Source: Bryobacterales bacterium
GTDB lineage: Bacteria > Acidobacteriota > Terriglobia > Bryobacterales > UBA6623
Assembly: GCA_963422375.2 (NCBI GenBank)
Contig: OY729427.2
Location: 128,001 to 192,000 of the forward strand
DNA length: 64,000 nt
Reading direction: 5' to 3'
In this document: piece by piece, positions 53,949 to 61,949 of the stretch
Position numbering within the stretch: the first letter of the stretch is position 1
Layout of the letters: every line of letters starts with the position of its first letter
The notes under the pieces: generated by a model
What the model saw: the letters and a program-made list of their open reading frames with translations, nothing else
Told to the model about the DNA's origin: nothing
Database searches by the model: none
Position numbers and translations under genes: made by a program

Positions 53949-54892
53949 AGCGTAAGCGGCCCGGCGGCGCCAGCTCGTTCGATCGCGCACGCGAGGAGTG
54001 TCGTACCGTGCCAAGGCACCGTCAGCACCGCTCCGCGGACGTCCCGCGACCCGCCGATGTTGCGGTGACGCGACACTGCTTGCTTAACCACAGGGCCGCG
54101 GCTCAGTCACGGCGCCACGACCGTCCAATGGTCGGCAACATCCGACCAGCTAGGATTGCTTTGGCCCGGCCATGCCGAGTGTACCGCACCTCGGCCGAGA
54201 TCCGGATTCCACTGTTCATGAAGACGATCCATTTCCCTCTCCACCGCACTTCACTGAAGACTTCATTTCACACGCCAGACCCTCATTCTCGGCTTCACCA
54301 CGAGTCTGCGTTGAATCGCCAGCGTCGCCAGTTCTGTCCGAACAAGAACATCCTGTCTCTCACTCCAGCAATAGTAATTGTGCTTCGCCACATTGCCAAG
54401 AACAGCGCTATCACTGCTTCGTTTGATATGATTTCCGATTTCTAGCCATGCTTTCGTCAGGTGGATTGCAATGGGAATTATATATCTGAGTGCCGACAAC
54501 GCCATATCCGACTAGAACTGCTGTGAGCAGGGAGGTGGGTGTCGAGCTGGGGTCATGCGAGTGCGGCCGCGGCGGGCACAGAGGGGTGGGGTGTGGGATC
54601 GTATCTGAATCGAGCCTGCCAGCGGATTTGATGAGGAAGGGACTAGAGAGGCCGCCGCGCATGCCCCGGTTGCCCCGGTTGCCCCGGTGGAACCCGGTTG
54701 GCGGTGGCAGGGCACCCCTTGCAAGCCCTGCGAGGGCCGAAGACAGCGGTTCCCCGGCGCTCGACGGCCTGCATGGACGGTCCGGACCGGACCGGGGTCG
54801 CGCCGGGGCCTTCCGGATCCGGTGCACCCCTCGTACCGAGCGTGCAGCGCGCGCCCGCAGCGGGCTGCCGCGCTCGGCGCGGCGGGCGCCGC

Positions 54893-55849
54893 TCAGGCCG
54901 CGACCGCGGCCTTGCCGGTCAGCTGCCGGCAGGTCAGCGTCCGGCCGACCAGGCCCCGCGCCATGCGCCGCATCCGTTCCGCCGTGTCGCAGTCGCGGTC
55001 GTTGCGCCGTCCCGCGAACTCCGTGAGGTAGCGGCCGAGATGACGGACGCTCATCCGGTGATAGGTTCCGTACAGGCCGCGCTTGAACAGGGACCCAAAC
55101 GATTCGATGCCGTTCGCATGCGCTGCCCCGCGCACGTACTCGCCGCCGGAGTGCCTGACAGCTTCGTGCGAGAACTCCGCCATGCCGGCGCAGGCCGCCG
55201 CCTCGTCGGAGTAGACCTGCGCGCCCGGCGCGACCCGGCCGCGCACGAAGCCCTGCAGGTCGCCCTTGGCGGTGCCCGGCAGCGGCCGCGCGGCCACTGC
55301 GTTCGTGGCGCGGTCCCGCGCCCCCGCCACGGGCGTCTTGCCGACGGGCCCGCGCCCGGCACGGGCCTTCTTCCTCTCGTGCTTGTTGCGCTCCTTGCCG
55401 CCGACGCAGGTCTCGTCCACCTCCACCGGGCCGGCGAACAGGCCCCGATCCCGCTGCCAGCACGCGCGGATGCGGTGCGCCAGGTGCCAGGCCGACTTCC
55501 GGCTGATGCCTAGGTCGCGGTGCAGCTTCATGCTCGAGACGCCCTTGATGCCGGTAGTCAGCAGGAACAGGGCGACGGCCCGGGTGCGGTAGCCGAGCTT
55601 GGTGTCGGCCATCACGCTGCCGGTGCGCACCGAAAAGCGCTTGCCGCAGCCGCGGCAACGGTACGGCATCGAAGGGTGGGCCGCGTCGGACTGCACGCTG
55701 GATCCGCGGCAGCGGGGGCACGCGGGACCGTCCGGCCAGCGCATGGAGGCGAACCACTTTTCCGCGGATTCGTCATCGCGGAACATGGCGATCACTTCCA
55801 TCAATGTGATGCCTTTACGGAACCACTTTCCGGGACCTGATTTCTTCAT
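54893..55849 (-). CDS. IS1595-family transposase (B1, ISPna2-like)
   Basis: CPRC...CRGC, VSSMKLHRDLG, VEVDET, YSDE, NGIESF and YLTEFAGR. Confidence 0.92.
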   Translation of the reverse strand: MKKSGPGKWFRKGITLMEVIAMFRDDESAEKWFASMRWPDGPACPRCRGSSVQSDAAHPSMPYRCRGCGKRFSVRTGSVMADTKLGYRTRAVALFLLTTGIKGVSSMKLHRDLGISRKSAWHLAHRIRACWQRDRGLFAGPVEVDETCVGGKERNKHERKKARAGRGPVGKTPVAGARDRATNAVAARPLPGTAKGDLQGFVRGRVAPGAQVYSDEAAACAGMAEFSHEAVRHSGGEYVRGAAHANGIESFGSLFKRGLYGTYHRMSVRHLGRYLTEFAGRRNDRDCDTAERMRRMARGLVGRTLTCRQLTGKAAVAA

Positions 55850-55872
55850 TTACGGTATCCCCTACTGGAACT

Positions 55873-55902
55873 ATTCTACCAAGAAACACCACAGAATGTC
55901 AA
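55873..55902 (-). promoter_or_regulatory. Sigma70-type transposase promoter in IS-B
   Basis: TTGACA-N18-TAGAAT with extended TG; both boxes are conserved in B2 (58975-59004) and B3 although the spacer differs. Confidence 0.7.
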
Positions 55903-55954
55903 CGGAAAGTCGGAAGAAATATGAAATCTTATTATGGCTTGATAATTTGCCGAC

Positions 55955-55983
55955 TTGATTCCCTCGGCACTCAGATATATAAT
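55955..55983 (+). promoter_or_regulatory. Outward-facing promoter candidate at the B1 end
   Basis: TTGATT-N17-TATAAT pointing at the ATG at 56032. Confidence 0.5.
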
Positions 55984-56444
55984 TCCCCTTGCAATTCCAG
56001 TCCAATCCACTACGACATGAGGTTGGACGTCATGTCAGATACGCGAACTGAGTTGCCAGTTGAAGTCTTCCAAGCACTGAGGAGCGGCTTTTTCCAGGCT
56101 GGCGGGACACCGAAAATCTACAAGATACGAGACAAGAAAAACACTCAAGATGACCCGATCGACGAATACATCCATAGCATTCTTAGTACCAAGCTAGCAC
56201 CTAATATCACTACTACAAAGTCATCTGGACCTCTGATTAACCCTGACATGGTGATCTACCGACCGAAGTCTTGTGATTTCGTTTCACGTACAATCTTAGT
56301 ATCTGATTCCACCAGAATATTCGGATTCGAAGTGAAGAAAATTGAACGGCAGCCTTCTGGTTCCGTGGCCCGGTCATCTGGATTGGACTACAACACAACT
56401 CCGCCATGCGGTACGATGCGCGTACTGAGGGGCGCAAAAGTCTT

Positions 56445-57536
56445 CCTGATTACCCACAAGACTCAGCCAAGGTTAGGAGGCGGTAAGGCCTGGGCGGGGT
56501 GCGCACGGAGGCGTGGAGCAGGCGGGGGACCAGCGCCTCCAGATCGTAGCGGCGGTTGAAGCGGTAGCGGAACTCGGCGAGGTACCGCGGCAAGTGCTTG
56601 CCGTCGAGCGCAGGGCAGGTTCCCGCCAGGGACTGCTTGCCGTTCGCCAGCATCGTGTTGACCCGGACGTTGACCCGGAAGAAGCGGGAATCCCCGCAGC
56701 TCCGCTGCCCGCCTCCGGTGACGGTCGGCACGTGCTCGCAGCCGGCGTCGGCGACGCCCCGGAAGCAGGCCGGGCCGTCGGAATGCACCTCCGTGCCGGG
56801 CTGCAAGTGCCGCCCGGCCCACGCTGCCAGCGTCTTCTTGCGCAAGCTCGCCACGCTGCTCATGCGCATCCTTGCCGGCTGGCCGGCGGCGGTGACCTGC
56901 ACGGCGGCGACGAACGGCGTCCTGCCCGCCGCGCCGCGACCGCGCTTGCCGCCGCGCCGCGACCGCGCTTGCCGCCGCGCCGCGACCGCGCTTGCCGCCG
57001 CGCCGCTCCCCGCCCCGGTAGGCGTCGTCCACCTGCACGATGCCGGCCAGCGGCAGGCGCTCGTCGCGCTCCTTCATCACTTGCAAGAGCTTGTGCTTCA
57101 CCTTCCAAGCCGTGTTCCGGCTCACGCCCAGCTGCCGCGCCAGTTCCAGCGACGAAACGCCGTGCTTACCCTGCGTCAGCAGGTGGATCGCCAGCAACCG
57201 GACGGTCAGCGGCAGCTGGGTGGCGGCGAAGATCGTGCCGGCGACGAGGGAGCTCCGGCGGTGGCAGGCATGGCACTGCCAGAGCTTGCGGGAGCGGATG
57301 CGGCAGTGCCGTCGGGAGCCGCACTCCGGGCAGCGGAAGCCGTCCGGCCAGCGGGCCTTGAAGACGGCCTGCTCGCATGGCCCCTCGCTGCCGTAGCGCT
57401 GCAGGAACTTGCCCAGGTTGAGTCCCTTCTGGAATTGAACGCGATTGCGTTTCAGCTGCTATCCCCTTTCCTATCAGAGATTTCCAACCTCCTTCAGTAT
57501 AGCATATCCTCGGCTGACGTTCGTTGGTAATGCAGG
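56445..57536 (-). mobile_element. IS-A copy A3 with inactivated transposase
   Basis: TSD AAAGTCTT (56437-56444 and 57537-57544); start ATG>CTG, frameshift from a 23-bp triplication, and a 1-bp insertion in the left TIR. Confidence 0.92.
56928..56996. repeat. 23-bp tandem repeat x3 in A3
   Basis: GCCGCGCCGCGACCGCGCTTGCC x3; single copy in the other IS-A elements. Confidence 0.92.
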
Positions 57537-57569
57537 AAAGTCTTTTCGGATCGGCCAGGCCAAAATGTA

Positions 57570-59089
57570 GGGAATTATATATCTGAGTGCCGACAACGCC
57601 ATGTCCGACGAGAACTGCTGTGAGCAGGGAGGTCGGCGTCTGGCTCGGGTCATTCGAATGCGGCCGCGGTAGGCACAGCAAGGTGGGATCGTATCTGAAT
57701 CGAGCCTGCCAGCGGAATTGACGAGGCACGGATTAGAGAGGCCCCCTCGCATGCCCGGTGGAATCCGGTTGGCGGTGGAGGGCACCCCTTGCAAGCCGCT
57801 TGCGTGCCCTGCGAGGGCCGAAGACAGCGGATCCCCGGCGCTCGACGGCCTGCATGGACGGTCCGGGCCGGACGCGGGTCGCGCCGGGGGATTCCAGAGC
57901 CGGCGCGCCCCTCGCACCGAGCGTGAAGCGCACCGAGCGTGAAGAGTGCGTCGGCAGCGGGCTGCGGCGCTCGGCTCGGAGGGCGCCGCTCGGGCCGCGA
58001 CCGCGGCCTTGCCGGCCAGCTGCCGGTAGGTCAGCGTCCGGCCGACCAGGCCCCGCGCCATGCGCCGCATCCGTTCCGCCCTTGTTCCGCCGTGTCGCAG
58101 TCGCGGTCGTTGCACCGTCCCGCGAACTCCGTCAGGTAGCGGCCGAGATGACGGACGCTCATCCGGTGATAGGTTCCGTACAGGCCGCGCTTGAACAGGG
58201 ACCAAAACGACTCGATGCCGTTCGTATGCGCTGCCCCGCGCACGTACTCGCCGCGGGAGTGCCTGACGGCTTCGTGCGGGAACTCCTCCATGCCGGCGCA
58301 GGCCGCCGCCTCGTCGGAGCGGACCTGCGCCCCCGGCGCGACCCGGCCGCGCACGAAGCCCTGCAGGTCGCCCTTGGCGGTGCCCGGCAGCGGCCGCGCG
58401 GCCGCTGCGTTCGTGGCGCGGTCCCGCGCCCCCGCCACGGGCGTCTTGCCGACGGGCCCGCGCCCGGCGCGGGCCTTCTTCCTCTCGTGCTGGTTGCGTT
58501 CCTTGCCGCCGACGTAGGTCTCTTCCACCTCCACCGGGCCGGCGAACAGGCCCTGATGCCGCTCCCGGCACGCGCGGATGCGGTGCGCCAGGTGCCAGGC
58601 CGACTTCCGGCTGATGCCCGGATCGCGGTGCAGCTTCATGCTCGAGACACCCTTGATGCCAGTGGTCAGCAGGAACAGGGCGACGGCCCGGGTGCGGTAG
58701 CCGAGCTTGGTGTCGACCATCACGCTGCCGGTGCGCACGGAAAAGCGCTTGCCGCGGCAACGGTACGGCATCGAAGGGTGGGCCGCGCCGGACTGCACGC
58801 TGGAGCCGCGGCAGTGGGGGCATACCGGACCGTCGGGCCAGCGCATGGAGGCGAACCACTTTTCCGCGGATTCGTCATCGCGGAACATGGCGATCACTTC
58901 AATCAGAGTGATGCCTTTACGAAACTACTTCCCGGGACCTTTCTGCTTCATAGACGACCTCATATATCGGAACTATTCTACCAAAATAATCCACCGACTG
59001 TCAACAGATCTCCGGAAGAAATATGAAATTAATTTATGGACTGATAATTTGCAAAATCGGTTGCCTCGGCACTCAGATATATAATTCCC
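57570..59089 (-). mobile_element. IS-B copy B2 inside the MITE core, inactivated transposase
   Basis: TSD AAAATGTA (57562-57569 and 59090-59097); early TGG>TAG, 6-bp deletion in the zinc ribbon and an 11-bp 3' insertion. Confidence 0.92.
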
Positions 59090-59297
59090 AAAATGTACTG
59101 GCAACTGAGTTCCCAAGCAGTCTATCAAGAAGGAGGCCTTCCAAATTCAAGTACGCAATATACTGTGTAGATAGTTACGGTATATCACAATATGCAGGCC
59201 TAAGTTTTAGAATTCAAGACTCTATCTCTGGGCTGCTATGATGGCAGCCTGAATAGGAAGTCGACTGAGTATGGCCCGTATCTTGGGAAAAGGCTTT

Positions 59298-60330
59298 CCT
59301 GATTACCCACAAGACTCAGCCAAGGCTAGGAGGCGGTAAGGCATGGGCGGGGTGCGCACGGAGGCGTGGAGCAGGCGGGGGACCAGCGCCTCCAGATCGT
59401 AGCGGCGGTTGAAACGGTAGTGGAACTCGGCGAGGTACCGCGGCAGGTGCTTGCCGTCGAGCGCATGGCAGGTTCCCGCCAGGGACTGCTTGACGTGCGC
59501 CAGCATCGTGTTGACCCGGAAGAAGCGGGAATCCTCGCAGCTCCGCTGCCCGCCTCCGGTGACGGTCGGCACGTGCTCGCAGCCGGCGCCGGCCACGCCC
59601 CGCAAGCAGGCCGGGCCGTCGGAATGCACCTCCGTGCCGGGCTGCAGGTGCCGCCCGGCCCACGCTGCCAGCGTCTTCTTGCGCAAGCCCGTCACGCCGC
59701 TCATGCGCATCCTTGCCGGCTGGCCGGCGGCGCTGACCTGCACGGCGGCCACGAACGGCGTCTTGCCCGCCGCGCCGCGACCGCGCTTGCCGCCGCTCCG
59801 CTCCCCGCCCCGGTAAGCGTCGTCCACCTGCACGATGCCGCCCGGCGGCAGGCGCTCGTCGCGCTCCTTCATCACTTGCAAGAGCTTGTGCTTCATCTTC
59901 CAAGCCGTGTTCCGGCTGACGCCCGGCTGCCGCGCCAGTTCCAGCGACGAAACGCCGTGCTTGCCCTGCGTCAGCAGGTGGAGCGCCAGGAACCGGACGG
60001 TCAGCGGCAGCTTGGTGGCGGCGAAGATCGTGCCGGCGACGAGGGAGGTCCGGCGGTGGCAGGCATGGCACTGCCGGAGCTTGCGGGAGCGGATGCGGCA
60101 GTGCCGGCGGGAGCCGCACTCCGGGCAGCGCAAGCCGTCCGGCCAGCGGGCCTTGAAGACGGCCTGCTCGCATGGCCCCTCGCTGCCGTAGCGCTGCAGG
60201 AACTTGCCCGGGCTGAGTCCCTTCTGGAATTACACGCGATTGCGTTTCATCTGCTATCCCCTTTCCTGTCAGAGATTTCCGACCTCCTCCAGTATAGCAT
60301 ATCCTCGGCTGACGTTCGTGGGTAATCAGG
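59298..60330 (-). mobile_element. IS-A copy A4 with an early nonsense codon in the transposase
   Basis: TSD AAGGCTTT (59290-59297 and 60331-60338); CAA>TAA at codon 7. Confidence 0.92.
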
Positions 60331-60829
60331 AAGGCTTTTGCGCCTCTCAGTATATGACTCCTCAAGCAAGATTCTTGACATCAAGGGATTCTACCTATTC
60401 CTGTGCCAAGAACAACAAGCAACTTCCAGTTCCACTTATTTTGTTAGTGCCCTCGTTCTTTGTGACGGCGACTTGTTGAATGAAGACTTTGACTACTATG
60501 TCTCAATCATGGAACGTCGATCAAAGGAAATCCAACTCGGCTCATACGGAGACGGTGCCAATAGGATCCGTCCGATGATGATTTTTGCGAATCCGCTGGG
60601 AGCATCGTTTCTAGATTGGCACTCGACACTGATCCATGATTCATCTGATCTCGATTCCAAGCACGATAACCTACAGAAAGTCGGCGGAATTGAACGTACA
60701 GTCTCGACAACGAATGACGGACAACGTGCAACCAGAGAGTTCCATTGCTATCGGGAAATCCGCGACCTGCCAAACATCGCTGCTGCTGATGCAAATCCAC
60801 TGTTTCATGAGATTGACCCGTTCCCAACC

Positions 60830-61700
60830 GAGACGCTCGCGGTTGCGCACCCGGGCCGGCAGCAGGAAGGCCAGCACCAGCAGGGTCGAGTGCAGGCCGT
60901 AGAAGCCCTTGCCGACCCTCAGCGCGCCCAGGTGGCCGAGCAAGCCGGCCTGCAACAGGGCGGGCAGGGCCGCCAGGACGCCGCCCTCGGCCACCGCCGC
61001 GGCCGGCGCGAAGCTCGGAGCACGCTCCTCCAACTGGCCGAGACTGGCCAAGGCGCGACCCTGCGAGTCGCAGGTGGCCCGGCCCCGGGGCACGATCGCG
61101 TCGCGGCGGCTGCGCTCCTCGCGCCCCGGAGCCGGCGGTTGCTCCGCGACACTCGCCGCCCCGGCGGGTGCGGGCTCTTTTTCGGTCGCGGGGGCCTCCA
61201 CGGTCGCGGGGGCCTTCTCCGTCGCGGGCACCTCGGGGTCGCCAGGGCCTGCTCGGCGGGGAGCGCCGCGGCGAGCGCCGGGATGCCGGGCAGGCGACCG
61301 ATCCGCTTGTACTGGCGCAGGGTCTCGTAGCACGCGCCCAGCTGGCGCGCCGCGCGGCGCAGGACGTCCTCGTCCTCGATCCCGTGCCGACGGCGCGGGC
61401 GGCGCGGGCAGTCGAAACCGGCCGGGCCCTACTGCTTGAGGCGCTCCACGTCCCGGCGCACCGTGCGCGCGCAGACCCCGCCAGCCCGCGCCAGTTGCGC
61501 CGGCGTGGCCAGCTGCATGTGCGCCAAGTGCGCCAAGTGCGCCATGCAGCGGCGAGCGGCGCGGCGGTCGTCCGCTGCTTGCATGTCGAGCGGCGAGATA
61601 TCGAGGTAGTAGTACACGCGGTCGCCGTCCCGGAGCATGCTCGGGCGCTGGTTGACGGGGGTGGCCTCGGCGGGCTGCAGGCCGAGCGATCCGGGCACGC
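60830..61700 (-). pseudogene. N-terminal remnant of a large HTH-containing putative transposase (unclassified IS)
   Basis: EATPVNQ...VYYYL...AQLARAGGVCARTVRR...*GPAGF, then ERSRRDA...GGVLAALPALLQAGLL...GFYGLHSTLLVLAF; internal stop, frameshift and truncation. Confidence 0.65.
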
Positions 61701-61949
61701 CGCGGGGCGTCTGCGAGAGCTCCGAGCTCCTGTAAGTGAGCTTACCATGCCTGCCTGGGAAGCGCAATGCACTTTCACATGATCGGAAGATAAATTTGTG
61801 AAATTCAGAGAGAAGCGCATCATTTTCTCGAGTTGACACGGCAGAATCCAGTAGAATATCGAGTTATTCTGCCATAAAGTTGTTCTTATACTGGTCTGTA
61901 ATGTGGCGGTGAAAAACTGTCAAACTGTTATGATACAGTCATTTTAATT

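Larger units (their letters stand above)
54473..55987 (-). mobile_element. IS1595-family element IS-B, copy B1
   Basis: Perfect 24-bp TIR GGGAATTATATATCTGAGTGCCGA; flanks ATTGCAAT and CTTGCAAT (7/8 TSD). Confidence 0.92.
56425..60350. mobile_element. 257-bp MITE (reconstructed) now carrying three nested IS elements
   Basis: TA at 56423-56424 and 60351-60352; reconstructed TIRs CTGAGGGGCGCAAAAGTCTTTTC and GAAAAGGCTTTTGCGCCTCTCAG. Confidence 0.85.
56032..60830 (+). pseudogene. PD-(D/E)xK nuclease (type II restriction endonuclease-like), split by the MITE/IS nest and 3'-truncated
   Basis: NPDMVI...FEVKK. Joining 56424 to 60353 restores CGTMRV-YDSSSKILDIKGFYLF. GC rises abruptly near 60830. Confidence 0.75.

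Noticed and set aside
53950..54472. Cognate methyltransferase for the 56-kb nuclease
   Set aside because: The frames contain multiple stops and no MTase motifs were recognisable.
56928..56996. CRISPR-like array from the 23-bp repeats
   Set aside because: The repeats are head-to-tail with no spacers, lie inside a transposase and no cas genes are present.
59023..59241. Small ORFs across the MITE (59023-59241 and 8454-8642)
   Set aside because: They start inside adjacent IS ends, differ at their N-termini and show no recognisable motif.
57537..59297. Retron msr-msd or self-splicing intron reading of the structured element
   Set aside because: No reverse transcriptase or intron core motifs were seen; the TA duplication and TIRs fit a MITE better.
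27685..61431. Amber recoding suggested by in-frame TAGs at 27685, 43446 and 61429
   Set aside because: Many intact backbone genes (for example rimP, DUF1552 and the DapA-like gene) end in TAG, and the affected genes lie in decaying regions.
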